Source: Crocinitomicaceae bacterium
GTDB lineage: Bacteria > Bacteroidota > Bacteroidia > Flavobacteriales_D > Crocinitomicaceae
Length of the DNA stretch: 64,000 bases
Assembly: GCA_022447585.1 (NCBI GenBank)
Contig: JAKVAR010000009.1
Coordinates: 57,133 to 121,132, forward strand
Direction: 5' to 3'
In this document: in pieces, positions 26,758 through 35,979 of the stretch
How the letters are laid out: every line of letters begins with the position of its first letter
Numbering within the stretch: the stretch's first letter is position 1
Translations under genes and position numbers: made by a program
Notes under the pieces: generated by a model
The model's database searches: none
What the model was told of the DNA's origin: nothing
The model's input: only the letters and a program-made list of their open reading frames with translations

Positions 26758-28200
26758 TCAGTATTTTATTGCTCCTATATCTGGGGGAGAGTTTAACGCA
26801 GCTCCATTTATATCCACTCCAAAAGCAGTTGGAAAGGTAGGGTTAGCTCTTCCTATTAATCCAGAGGTAGACCAATAACCAAAGTCATAACTATAAATAT
26901 CTTTAAAAACAGGAGATTCATTCCAGTAATTATTACCAATAAAGATTGAAGGGTCACTAAGGATTTCTTCACTTTTAATTAAGTTGTTCTCCATATGAAA
27001 ATTCAAAGTAATTGCTGGATCTCCAATTGTATCTATTGCAAACTCATAGTCTTGATTACCATAAAGGACACTATTCGTAATTGTACCTTCATTGATGCTT
27101 CTAACAACCCCAGTTCCATTAAAGAAATTACTTACGCCAACTGAAGCAGAAACTGCATCGCCTGAACCGTAACCTAGAAGATTACAATGGTTAAAATTGT
27201 AATCACCACCTCCAAGTACGATTAATGCATGTATTCCGCTTTGAGAAATGATTGTGTTCTCTGCTTTTAATCTGCCTGCTTGAGCAAAACTAGCATCTCC
27301 GTTGTAAAGAAACATACCATAAGAAGCACTGTTCTCAATCTTTGTGTTTGTAACAGTTAATGTGTAATCAGTTGGAAGGTTTGATCCGTTAGCACCATTT
27401 ATATGAATTCCAGAAGTAGCATTCTTTATTATGGCGTAATTAATAGAGCTAGGTCTTGCTTCAACCATATAGATTCCGTAATACTGCCCCGCAACATCAT
27501 CATAAAAGGCTTCCAATCTGTCTCCTTGAATTGTAACTTCATTACCAAGAGTTCCGTTTATGTTTAAAGTTCCTTTGAAGTTGTAGAGCAAGGCATTTTT
27601 ATGCATATAAATCTGAGTTCCTGCTTGGATGTCTAGGGTTTTCCCTTCATCTATAATCGCTGCACCATAGATCACATGAGGTTTGTCGTTGGGCCAAACC
27701 CCTTCGTTTAAATCCAGACTATCGATGGAGAAAATGGAGTAATGAAAATAAGCATCTTGCCCCCAAGCAACCAGTTCCACAGATTGTTCAGTGCCATTCG
27801 TACTGAATATAACTTGATCCTCAACAATCAATGGAGTAGTGCCATTGTTAGGGTCAATCGTAACGTCTACAAAAACAAATAAGCTATCTTTAGATTCAAT
27901 CTCTAAATTTGCAAAATTTGTGCCCGGAGATCCATCAACATTGATTCTAAAATTCGAATTTGATCCACCCGCAAGAGATATTTGATCAATTTTTAAAGTC
28001 TTCGAATCATTGTTATAAATCTTGAACCTCTTAGTAACGGATCCAATAGTTGTAAATATTGTATCGAAAATTACAGTATCTTGACTGAATGAAAGGTTTG
28101 ACTTTGAGTAGCTTAAAGGTTTTTTACAACTGGTAGTACTTAGTCCAAATCCTATTACAATCAGGTAAAAAGAGAATATTATATGCTTTTTCATTTTCAT
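26758..28200 (-). CDS. Putative lipoprotein with right-handed beta-helix-like repeats
   Basis: Signal plus Cys (GFGLSTTSC). The C-terminal half carries repeated short beta-strand motifs rich in N/G/I (IENSASYGMFLYNG, ISQSGIHALIVLGGG). Confidence 0.6.
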   Translation of the reverse strand: MKMKKHIIFSFYLIVIGFGLSTTSCKKPLSYSKSNLSFSQDTVIFDTIFTTIGSVTKRFKIYNNDSKTLKIDQISLAGGSNSNFRINVDGSPGTNFANLEIESKDSLFVFVDVTIDPNNGTTPLIVEDQVIFSTNGTEQSVELVAWGQDAYFHYSIFSIDSLDLNEGVWPNDKPHVIYGAAIIDEGKTLDIQAGTQIYMHKNALLYNFKGTLNINGTLGNEVTIQGDRLEAFYDDVAGQYYGIYMVEARPSSINYAIIKNATSGIHINGANGSNLPTDYTLTVTNTKIENSASYGMFLYNGDASFAQAGRLKAENTIISQSGIHALIVLGGGDYNFNHCNLLGYGSGDAVSASVGVSNFFNGTGVVRSINEGTITNSVLYGNQDYEFAIDTIGDPAITLNFHMENNLIKSEEILSDPSIFIGNNYWNESPVFKDIYSYDFGYWSTSGLIGRANPTFPTAFGVDINGAALNSPPDIGAIKY

Positions 28201-28281
28201 TGTTATAGTCTCAAAAGTAACGTAAAAGATTATAGTTTTATTTTATCGAAGATATATTTGATAAATAATAAAAAGTTTATA

Positions 28282-28289
28282 TATCTTTG
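28282..28289 (+). promoter_or_regulatory. Candidate -7 promoter box TATCTTTG for rpmE
   Basis: TAnnTTTG match 44 nt upstream of the ATG at 28333. It lies inside the spurious 5' extension of the track ORF (28183). Confidence 0.45.
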
Positions 28290-28332
28290 CACTCCTGATA
28301 AAGGCGATTATAGAACATTTTTATATACAGTA

Positions 28333-28587
28333 ATGAGAAAAGACATACACCCAGACAATTATAGATTAGTCGTATTTAAGGACATGACTAACGATTATTC
28401 ATTCGTTTGCCCTTCATGTGCAGAGTCAAGTGAAACGGTTAAATGGGAAGATGGAAATGAATATCCATTAATTAAATTAGATATCTCTCATAAATCTCAT
28501 CCATTTTTTACTGGTGTTGTTCAGTTCGTGGATACTGCAGGACGTATTGATAAATTTAATACTCGTTACGGTAAGCGTAAGAAATAA
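28333..28587 (+). CDS. rpmE: 50S ribosomal protein L31 (type B-like)
   Basis: MRKDIHPDNYRLVVFKD...HPFFTG...VDTAGRIDKFNTRYG. The start is set at Met51 of the track ORF. Confidence 0.9.
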   Translation: MRKDIHPDNYRLVVFKDMTNDYSFVCPSCAESSETVKWEDGNEYPLIKLDISHKSHPFFTGVVQFVDTAGRIDKFNTRYGKRKK

Positions 28588-28612
28588 GCTTAAATTACCA
28601 CAAGATATTGAA

Positions 28613-28640
28613 CCTCTCGTTAATTCGGGAGGTTTTTTTT
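28613..28640 (+). terminator. Rho-independent terminator after rpmE
   Basis: CCTCTCG / CGGGAGG stem (one mismatch) followed by T8. Confidence 0.65.
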
Positions 28641-28686
28641 ATGGCTCAATCTTTGCCGCATTCACGTCAACAACTATCTTTATATC

Positions 28687-30804
28687 GTGAAAATTTTCCT
28701 TAAATATTTTTTCTTCCTTTTTGTGTTGGTGTCTTCGGCTAACGATGTTCATGCAACGCGGATTAAATCAGGTTATATTGCACTATCAATCAAAGACTAT
28801 TTCAAGAGTCAGAAAAAGTTTACAAAGGCTCTAAAGTATAATCCATCTCCTGCAGCTCATGGATTAGCTTCTATCTATTCCAGAACAGATAATCCATTTT
28901 ACAATAAAGACACAGCTTACAGGTATATTTTACTTTCAGACTCCTTGTTTCAATTGACTAAAGAACGCAAGAGGTTAAAATGGGAGAAATATGGTTGGTC
29001 TAAAAATGGCATAGATTCACTTAAGTTAATCATTTCTTCTCAATTTTTTTTGGATGCCAAAGCAGAGCACACTATTGCAAGTTATTCTGAATTCATTGTG
29101 AAACATCCCTGGTCACTGGAGTATCCTCAGGCAGTTGATACAAGAGATTCATTAGCCTTCTTTCAGACTGTTCAAGCAAATAGCGCTGAGTCATATAATT
29201 TATTTCTTCGATTGTATCCAAACAGTAAATATGCTGAATTAGCGCGGGATAATTTTCACAACTCGCAATATCTAGAGTTTACTCAGAATGATTCATTGTC
29301 TTCCTATTTAAGTTTCATTGAAATGCATCCACAGAGTCCCAAAAGGGTAGATGCGGAATTTCGGGTGTTTGAAATCATTACTGCTCCTAATACCGTTGCC
29401 GCGTATGAGGAGTTTGTTACGAAATATCCGGATTATAGTTTCAATGATGAAGGTTGGAGTCAGTTTTATGAGGTGTTTTTATTTGACTATAGCAAAGCGC
29501 GTAAATTGGAGTTTTTAGACCGGTTCCCGAATGCAAAAAACCGTGCTTTTATTGTTCAAGATATTGAAATGACAGATTCTTTATTTATTCCTTCTCTGAA
29601 GTCCGGAAAGTATGGCTTTTCAAATTTGAATGGAGAAGTTACTATCGAAGAACAATTTGATTTTGTGGGGCCATTTAATGAGGGGCTTGCCACTGTAATG
29701 ATGGGTGAATATCAAGGAGCAATTAATAAATTTGGTGAGATAGTTATTCCGGTGAAATATGAATTTGTCGGTGATTTTCATCAAGGCCGTGCTGTTGTTG
29801 AATTGAATGAATTGGTTGGAGTTATTGATCGTAATCACAAGGAAATCATAGAGCCGATTCACGAAGATATAGGAGAAGCTTCAGAAGGATTGATTTATGT
29901 TCTTCAGGGCGAGAAATATGGCTATGTTGACTTGAATGGAATCGAAATGATTGCCCCAAGATTTGACGAGGCTTTTGATTTTAAAAATAATAGAGCAATA
30001 GTTGGTTTGGATGGCAGCCTGGGAATAATCAATAGAGCTGGTGAGTTTGCTGTTCATGCGGCTTATGATGAGTTACGAAAAATTAGCGATCAACTTTATG
30101 TTTGTTCAAAAGAGGGTAAAAAAGGAATTGTAAACCCTGAAGGGCATGTTGTAATTATTCCGTCATACGATCAGATTGGTTCGTTCAGTGAAGGATTGGC
30201 CTTGGCTACAAAGTCAGATACGCTCTTGTATTTAAATGAATTAGGAGAGGTTGTGTTAGAGGACGGGTACAAGGTATTTCCCAATTATCTATTGAAAGGA
30301 GAGTTTAATCGTGGAGCTGCAATTGTTTTTAAAGATGGTAAATACGGTAGAGTAAACTCGAAAGGCGATGTTTTGACAGAAGCGAATTATGATAACCTTG
30401 GAATGGGGGATGGTGGTGTCCCTTTTCGAAAAGAGGGACGTTGGGGAATGCTGAGTATGTCAAATAAGGAAGCTATTGAGCCAATTTATCAGTCTTTGGA
30501 CGTTTATGATAATGATGTTGTAATTGTTCGCATGGATGATTCTACAGGGGTACTGGATATCAAAGGAAATATAATCGTTCCAATTGCGTTTAACGACATA
30601 GAATGGTTGGTGTCCGGATTAATGAAAGTGAGACGAGGGGGGAAATATGCTTTGTTTAACTATGGAGCGAAATTAACGGACTTCGATTTTGATAAAATTG
30701 AACTTTTTGGCGATCATTTTGTATCTTTATTAGCATATGATAAATTGTTGTTTTACGATTTAGCTGGAGAAGTGATGATTAAGAGAGTTAGGGAAAGTGA
30801 GTAA
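28687..30804 (+). CDS. WG-repeat (KWG) protein with N-terminal TPR/BamD-like repeats
   Basis: GTG start and a signal peptide. The N-terminal half repeats Y..F...YP.S.Y...A. The C-terminal half has more than 8 units of the K(Y/W)G..(D/N)..G..(I/V)..P.(F/Y)D type. Confidence 0.8.
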   Translation: MKIFLKYFFFLFVLVSSANDVHATRIKSGYIALSIKDYFKSQKKFTKALKYNPSPAAHGLASIYSRTDNPFYNKDTAYRYILLSDSLFQLTKERKRLKWEKYGWSKNGIDSLKLIISSQFFLDAKAEHTIASYSEFIVKHPWSLEYPQAVDTRDSLAFFQTVQANSAESYNLFLRLYPNSKYAELARDNFHNSQYLEFTQNDSLSSYLSFIEMHPQSPKRVDAEFRVFEIITAPNTVAAYEEFVTKYPDYSFNDEGWSQFYEVFLFDYSKARKLEFLDRFPNAKNRAFIVQDIEMTDSLFIPSLKSGKYGFSNLNGEVTIEEQFDFVGPFNEGLATVMMGEYQGAINKFGEIVIPVKYEFVGDFHQGRAVVELNELVGVIDRNHKEIIEPIHEDIGEASEGLIYVLQGEKYGYVDLNGIEMIAPRFDEAFDFKNNRAIVGLDGSLGIINRAGEFAVHAAYDELRKISDQLYVCSKEGKKGIVNPEGHVVIIPSYDQIGSFSEGLALATKSDTLLYLNELGEVVLEDGYKVFPNYLLKGEFNRGAAIVFKDGKYGRVNSKGDVLTEANYDNLGMGDGGVPFRKEGRWGMLSMSNKEAIEPIYQSLDVYDNDVVIVRMDDSTGVLDIKGNIIVPIAFNDIEWLVSGLMKVRRGGKYALFNYGAKLTDFDFDKIELFGDHFVSLLAYDKLLFYDLAGEVMIKRVRESE

Positions 30805-31567
30805 TTTTTTAGATTTAATAGATAAATATAAGTTCGGGTTAATTGCGACTCTTGCGGTGTACATGGCTATTTTTATCTATTTGCAGATGGATTCTTACAC
30901 GAGATATTTTCCCATTGAACAATTTAATGAAGGCTCTTATGTAGAGGTCCCAGAAGATGATATAAAATTAAGGCCGGAGAATATTCAAGTTCCGTCAGAT
31001 TACAATGTTGATGTAAAGAATATGTCGCGTGATGTAAATGATGATAGAGAGCACTCGAGCGAAAATTACAGTCAGAATAAATCTTTGGCCGATGTTGAAG
31101 CTGAATATAAAGCATTGGAAGAGCAAATGTATGAAGAGGCTGGAGGGCAGAAAACGCGCGATGAAATTCGTAAGGAAATGGCTGCACGAAAAGAGGCTGC
31201 TACCAGTGTAAAAACGAATTCTAATCCAAAGCCCGCGCAAGAAGGTGGTGATGTTGCCTATTCTGGAAATGTTATGGTGGATTGGAGTTTAGCGAAACGT
31301 TCTCCGCATCAAAATAATAATTGGTACGTAAGAAACCCGGGCTATACTTGCGGCTATGGTTCAGCAGGAACTGTAACTGTTATGATTAAAGTTAATCAAA
31401 ATGGGGACGTTACATCGGCTACCTATGATCCTGCACAATCAAGTGGAGGAAATCAATGTATGATAGAGCAAGCAGTGAAATATGCTAAGAAGTCAAGATT
31501 TGACTATTCTGGATCTGCTGCTAAAATTCAAACTGGAAGAATAACTTATACTTTTATTTCTCAATAA
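30797..31567 (+). CDS. Membrane-anchored protein with TonB-C-like C-terminal domain
   Basis: GTG start overlapping the upstream stop by 8 nt. It has one N-terminal TM helix, a charged linker and a ~90-aa C-terminal domain (GTVTVMIKVNQNGDVTSA...AVKYAKKSRF) reminiscent of TonB_C. Confidence 0.5.
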   Translation: MSNFLDLIDKYKFGLIATLAVYMAIFIYLQMDSYTRYFPIEQFNEGSYVEVPEDDIKLRPENIQVPSDYNVDVKNMSRDVNDDREHSSENYSQNKSLADVEAEYKALEEQMYEEAGGQKTRDEIRKEMAARKEAATSVKTNSNPKPAQEGGDVAYSGNVMVDWSLAKRSPHQNNNWYVRNPGYTCGYGSAGTVTVMIKVNQNGDVTSATYDPAQSSGGNQCMIEQAVKYAKKSRFDYSGSAAKIQTGRITYTFISQ

Positions 31568-32460
31568 TGAGAGACCTAATACGAAAAATGACTCCACAAT
31601 TTCTTTTGGAGCGATACCGAAAATCAAAGAAAAATCAGCGCAACAAAGAGCTTGAAGCAAATCGAGTTGCTGGAGATGTAATCACGTTAGAGTCCTTAGT
31701 TAAGGATATAAAAGCTTGTGGCGTTGTAGAAGGTGATACCGTTCTTGTACATTCTAGTCTTTCTAAGATCGGTTTTGTTGAGGGGGGACCAAAAACTGTT
31801 GTTGACGCACTGATTAAAGCTGTTGGAGAAAAAGGTAATTTATTAATGCCTACATCGCCTAATTCGGGGTTGCAATTGGAGTACATAAAGGCATTACAGG
31901 TTTTCGATGTTGCAAATGATAAATCGAAACTTGGCGCGATATCAGAATATTTTAGAAATTTGCCTAATTCTTTAAGGAGCGCTCATCCTACAGAACCTGT
32001 TTCCTGCTTAGGTCCTGATGCTAATTTTTTCACATCAACGCATTTTGGGGAAATGACTCCATATACGGCTCAAAGTCCTTTTTATAAGGTGAGTGAAAAG
32101 GGGGGGAAGATTTTGTATCTTGGGGTTACTCTGGATAACGCAGGAACAAACCTGCATACTCTTGAGGATGCAATAAAGGATTTTAAATTTCCAGTTTATA
32201 CGAAAGAGTCTTTTGAAATTGAGGTTAAGTTCCCTAATGGAGATTTGAGGTCAATGAGAACATATGTGCACAATCCTGAGCAATCTGCCAAACGTAAATG
32301 TGATGGTTTAATTCCATTGTTTATTGATAAAGGTGTGCTGCTAGAAAAAAGTATTGGAAAAGCAAGAACGTTAGTTGTAGATGCGAAATCTATGTTAAAC
32401 GTTATGATTGAAGAATATAAAACAAATGGGGTTACAATGTATACTCCAAAGGGTAAGTAA
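31567..32460 (+). CDS. AAC(3)-family aminoglycoside N-acetyltransferase-like protein
   Basis: GDTVLVHSSLSKIGFVEGGPKTVVDALIKAVGEKGNLLMPT, ...HPTEP, and a GxTLD..T.LH pattern typical of Antibiotic_NAT enzymes. TAATG overlap with the upstream gene. Confidence 0.75.
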   Translation: MRDLIRKMTPQFLLERYRKSKKNQRNKELEANRVAGDVITLESLVKDIKACGVVEGDTVLVHSSLSKIGFVEGGPKTVVDALIKAVGEKGNLLMPTSPNSGLQLEYIKALQVFDVANDKSKLGAISEYFRNLPNSLRSAHPTEPVSCLGPDANFFTSTHFGEMTPYTAQSPFYKVSEKGGKILYLGVTLDNAGTNLHTLEDAIKDFKFPVYTKESFEIEVKFPNGDLRSMRTYVHNPEQSAKRKCDGLIPLFIDKGVLLEKSIGKARTLVVDAKSMLNVMIEEYKTNGVTMYTPKGK

Positions 32461-32502
32461 GAGTTTATTCTTTCTTATTTTTGAGAATTAAATTACGATA
32501 TT

Positions 32503-33345
32503 ATGGAAGCGATCAACTGGAGTACAGTTAAAGAATACGAAGATATCACGTTTAAAGTAGCTGATGGTGTTGCAAGAATTGCATTTAATCGCCCGGAAGT
32601 TAGAAATGCATTTACACCGAAGACAGTGGATGAGTTATTAGAAGCATTAATCATTTGTCATGAGCATGATGAAATAGGCGTTGTTTTAATTACTGGTGAA
32701 GGACCGTCTCCTAAAGATGGGGGATGGGCATTCTGTTCTGGTGGTGATCAACGTGTTCGTGATAAGCGCGGATATGCTGGATTAGACGGCAAAAACAAAT
32801 TCAATATTTTAGATGTCCAACGTCAAATTCGCTTCATGAACAAGGTGGTTATCGCCGTAGTTCCAGGATGGGCTGTTGGTGGTGGACATTCTTTACATGT
32901 AGTTTGTGATATGACGTTAGCGAGTAAAGAACATGCGATTTTTAAGCAAACAGATGCCGATGTTGCAAGTTTTGATGGTGGATTTGGTTCTGCATACTTA
33001 GCAAGACAAGTCGGTCAAAAGAGGGCACGTGAGATTTTCTTTTTAGGACTAGATTACTCAGCTCAAGAGGCGTACGAAATGGGGATGGTAAATAAAGTAG
33101 TTCCGCATGCTGAGTTAGAACAAACTGCCTACGATTGGGCGCAAGAAATCATGACGAAATCTCCAACAGCAATTAAAATGCTGAAGTTCGGATTTAATTT
33201 AATCGATGATGGTTTAGTGGGGCAACAAATATACGCTGGTGAAGCAACTCGCCTAGCTTATGGTACTGAGGAGGCTGAAGAAGGGCGTAACGCCTTTCTT
33301 GAAAAACGTAAAAGAGATTTCTCGAAGTTCCCTAAGTTTCCTTAG
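32503..33345 (+). CDS. menB: 1,4-dihydroxy-2-naphthoyl-CoA synthase
   Basis: Crotonase fold with FCSGGDQ and GWAVGGGHSLHVVCDMT motifs and the MenB C-terminus. Confidence 0.92.
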   Translation: MEAINWSTVKEYEDITFKVADGVARIAFNRPEVRNAFTPKTVDELLEALIICHEHDEIGVVLITGEGPSPKDGGWAFCSGGDQRVRDKRGYAGLDGKNKFNILDVQRQIRFMNKVVIAVVPGWAVGGGHSLHVVCDMTLASKEHAIFKQTDADVASFDGGFGSAYLARQVGQKRAREIFFLGLDYSAQEAYEMGMVNKVVPHAELEQTAYDWAQEIMTKSPTAIKMLKFGFNLIDDGLVGQQIYAGEATRLAYGTEEAEEGRNAFLEKRKRDFSKFPKFP

Positions 33346-33349
33346 GTTA

Positions 33350-33532
33350 ATGACGAGGTTGTTTTATGCTTTAGCTTATTTGTTTTTAACCGTTATTGCT
33401 ACCGGCTTAATATATTATTTCATTTACGAGATTACTATTCCTTATAGGGTATGGTTTAGAATACTTCTAATTGGAAATTCGAGTATCGTATACTTAATTT
33501 GGTATAAGTTTTATGTAGAGAATGATATGTAA
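33350..33532 (+). CDS. Possible small two-TM membrane protein (60 aa)
   Basis: The ATG sits 5 nt after the menB stop. The sequence MTRLFYALAYLFLTVIATGLIYYFIY...FRILLIGNSSIVYLIWY gives two hydrophobic helices. There is no homology evidence. Confidence 0.3.
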   Translation: MTRLFYALAYLFLTVIATGLIYYFIYEITIPYRVWFRILLIGNSSIVYLIWYKFYVENDM

Positions 33533-33725
33533 AATATATCAATGAATTGTATTTAGTTCAATTCTGTTCAATCGCAGAATTAATGATCGATTGGTGTAAT
33601 TGCGATGCCTAGCATGACGCATGAAATTGAAAAGTGAATGTTGCAAAGCAAATTCCTTGATTGAACTTGAGTTTTTGTTTCTTTGTTGTCAAGAAAAAAG
33701 AATAAAAAGAAGTTCAGAAAGATTG

Positions 33726-33794
33726 ATTAAAAAGTAAAAAAGTAGTTCAAATCTGACTGCCTTTCCTTTTCTAGTTTGATTTTATTTCAAAGTA
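33726..33794 (+). repeat. Direct repeat copy 1 (degenerate terminator-like element) upstream of the T9SS cargo gene
   Basis: ATTAAAAAG[TAAAAAA]GTAGTTCAAATCTGACTGCCTTTCCTTTTCTAGTTTGATTTTATTTCAAAGTA. It matches copy 2 at 35872-35933 with about 6 substitutions and one 7-nt indel. Confidence 0.8.
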
Positions 33795-33895
33795 TGTACA
33801 ACATTTCTCTCTATTTAAAATAGACTGGTATAATTATTATTTTTTTTGACTAAAAATGAAATGTACTCTGGGATAAGAAAGCGATATTGATTAGT

Positions 33896-35806
33896 ATGGG
33901 GAAATTACGTTGTAATCATAAGTTAGCATTGTTGCTTTTGTTGTTAATTAAGTTTAATGCTTTTTCCCAGTTTTCAACCAAAGGGAATGATTTTTTTGTG
34001 CCAATTATTGACCTAGATTATACAGAAATTATTATTCGTACTGAAGTATTATCTAGTGTAACAATTGAAGATTTATTTACTGGAATTATTCAGAATGTGA
34101 CTATACCTGCAAATTCCAACTATGCGATTAATGCTTCTTCCTATGGATTATCACCATTAAATTTGGATCTACTATCTATTCAAAAGTCATTACATATTAA
34201 TTCGGACGAGCCAATCTCTGTATACTATGACAATTCAGAAGGAGGTGCAGGTGGTACATCAATTATTTTACCTCAAAATTCTTTAGGCTCAAATTATAGT
34301 TTAGTTTCTGATAAGATTGAAAAATTCAGCACAAGTTCTTTTAATCCTAAGGTACCGTATTTCGTTATCATAGCTACCGAAGACAATTCTGAGATTAATC
34401 TAAATTTGACGCATGATAGTGATAATGGCTATTTTGCGGGGAGTACTTTTTCAATTGCTTTAAATAAAGGAGAGTCGTATCTATTGCGTGGTATAAAGTG
34501 CCAAGCGCAAGCAGGTCAATACCCTTCGTGCTCTGATGTTGTTTCGGAATCTAGGAACGATTTTTCAGGTACACATATTTGGTCCTCGGGATGTAAAAAC
34601 TTTTCAGTCTTCTTATACTACGAATCAGCTCCTTTTTCATGGGGAGATCAAGTCGCGTCATGTTGCTCAGATCAACGAATTGAGAATTATTTACCTAATA
34701 AATCATGGGGTACAAATTTTTGGTTATTACCAGAACCTCATGTTACTCATGGGAATGTATTTAAAGTTTTCGCACAACATGATTCAACTTTTGTGTATTT
34801 GAATAATTCACTTATTGACACGCTTCAGAAAAATGAGACGCTAGATACCCTCTTATATGCGCCTTCATATTTAGTGACAAGTAAAAAAACCTCAGTAATG
34901 CAGAATTCAATTTCTGCCCATTTCGAAGGCCCTTGGTTGAATGCAACAGATCCCGAGATGCTGTTTGTATATCCGAATGTATATCAAACGTCTAATTGTA
35001 TTGTGGATCTTTCAGTGACTACATCATATGCTCTAGCTGAGGAAAGGAGTTTGATTTTGGTGACTGCAAATAATAACCTGAATAATATTTTAATTGATGG
35101 TGTCAGTGTTCCTGCGAATCAATTCTTCGCAATTCCAGGGGACGTAGATAATTCATACACCTACCAAAGTTTAACCCCAACATTACATAGTATTAATGCT
35201 ACTAATGGCTCTTATCAAGCAATTGTTTTTGTTGGTCATAGTAATGGAGTTAGTAGCTCATTCTATTCTGAAATTGAATCGATAAAGAATTCATTAACTC
35301 AGCAATTAGAACCTGATTCTTCGGCAGTTTCTCTTTGTTTAGGTTCGGGGGTTGATTTAGCTCCAAGCAATGAAGAGGTAGGTTATAACCTTAGTTGGAG
35401 TAACGGAGATTCTATTCCTGAAATTAATGTTTCTGAAGTAGGTGTATATACTGTTGAATTTAGCAATTGTGATGAAGTATTTTATGAATCTTTTGAGGTA
35501 ATTGATTGTTCATCTTCAGTTGATTGTGGCAATGATGTGTTTGTTCCAAATGTCATAACTCCTAATGCAGATGGAGTAAATGATGTGTTAACGTTCAAAT
35601 TATCAGATTGCTTTTCTTTCTTATCATTTGAAGTTGTAAATCGATGGGGTGATATTGTGTTTAAAACGTTGGATAACAATACATTTTGGGAAGGTGAGTT
35701 TTTGGGTGAGCCATTGTCTGAATCAGCTTACTTTTGGATTCTAAAATACAGAGAAGTTAGTGGAAAGGAACAGGAGCAAACAGGGTATGTAACTTTAATT
35801 AGGTAA
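33896..35806 (+). CDS. T9SS type-B sorting-domain (gliding-motility-associated C-terminal domain) secreted protein
   Basis: Signal peptide KLALLLLLLIKFNAFSQ. The C-terminal ~90 aa read VPNVITPNADGVNDVLTF...VVNRWGDIVFKT...FWEGEF...YFWILKY. An alternative TTG start lies at 33887. Confidence 0.85.
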   Translation: MGKLRCNHKLALLLLLLIKFNAFSQFSTKGNDFFVPIIDLDYTEIIIRTEVLSSVTIEDLFTGIIQNVTIPANSNYAINASSYGLSPLNLDLLSIQKSLHINSDEPISVYYDNSEGGAGGTSIILPQNSLGSNYSLVSDKIEKFSTSSFNPKVPYFVIIATEDNSEINLNLTHDSDNGYFAGSTFSIALNKGESYLLRGIKCQAQAGQYPSCSDVVSESRNDFSGTHIWSSGCKNFSVFLYYESAPFSWGDQVASCCSDQRIENYLPNKSWGTNFWLLPEPHVTHGNVFKVFAQHDSTFVYLNNSLIDTLQKNETLDTLLYAPSYLVTSKKTSVMQNSISAHFEGPWLNATDPEMLFVYPNVYQTSNCIVDLSVTTSYALAEERSLILVTANNNLNNILIDGVSVPANQFFAIPGDVDNSYTYQSLTPTLHSINATNGSYQAIVFVGHSNGVSSSFYSEIESIKNSLTQQLEPDSSAVSLCLGSGVDLAPSNEEVGYNLSWSNGDSIPEINVSEVGVYTVEFSNCDEVFYESFEVIDCSSSVDCGNDVFVPNVITPNADGVNDVLTFKLSDCFSFLSFEVVNRWGDIVFKTLDNNTFWEGEFLGEPLSESAYFWILKYREVSGKEQEQTGYVTLIR

Positions 35807-35871
35807 GCCTGTTAGAACGGTGATTTCGCAATTTAACTCGTTAAACGATCTATTAAATGTATTACTTACAA

Positions 35872-35910
35872 ATTAAAAAGGCAGTTCAAATATGACTGCC
35901 TTTCCTTCTC
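35872..35910. terminator. Probable bidirectional terminator (hbd on minus strand, T9SS cargo gene on plus strand)
   Basis: GGCAGT / ACTGCC stem at 35880-35900. It is followed by TTTCCTTCTCT on the plus strand and by CTTTTTAATTT on the minus strand. Confidence 0.5.
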
Positions 35911-35933
35911 TAGTTTGATTTTACTACAAAGTA
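35872..35933 (+). repeat. Direct repeat copy 2 (contains intact hairpin)
   Basis: ATTAAAAAGGCAGTTCAAATATGACTGCCTTTCCTTCTCTAGTTTGATTTTACTACAAAGTA. Confidence 0.8.
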
Positions 35934-35979
35934 GCTAAACCATTTATGTCCGACGTATTCCATTTGAACACCTTACATA

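Noticed and set aside
26528-26840. ORFs 26528-26737 (-) and 26556-26840 (+) crossing the glnN / beta-helix-lipoprotein boundary.
   Set aside because: Both run through the bidirectional terminator hairpin at 26721-26755 and overlap well-supported genes.
28183-28332. 50-codon N-terminal extension of L31, plus the TTG-initiated extensions of glnN (24500) and trhO (58512).
   Set aside because: The extensions contain the genes' own TAnnTTTG -7 boxes and are not part of the conserved protein families.
31567-32460. AAC(3)-family gene as part of an acquired resistance island.
   Set aside because: There are no flanking integrase, transposase or IS sequences, repeats or tRNA. The gene is translationally coupled to chromosomal-looking neighbours.
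33260-33349. 5' part of track ORF 33260-33532, which overlaps the menB C-terminus.
   Set aside because: The overlap with the conserved MenB tail is implausible. Only the part from ATG 33350 onward is kept, as a low-confidence small membrane protein.
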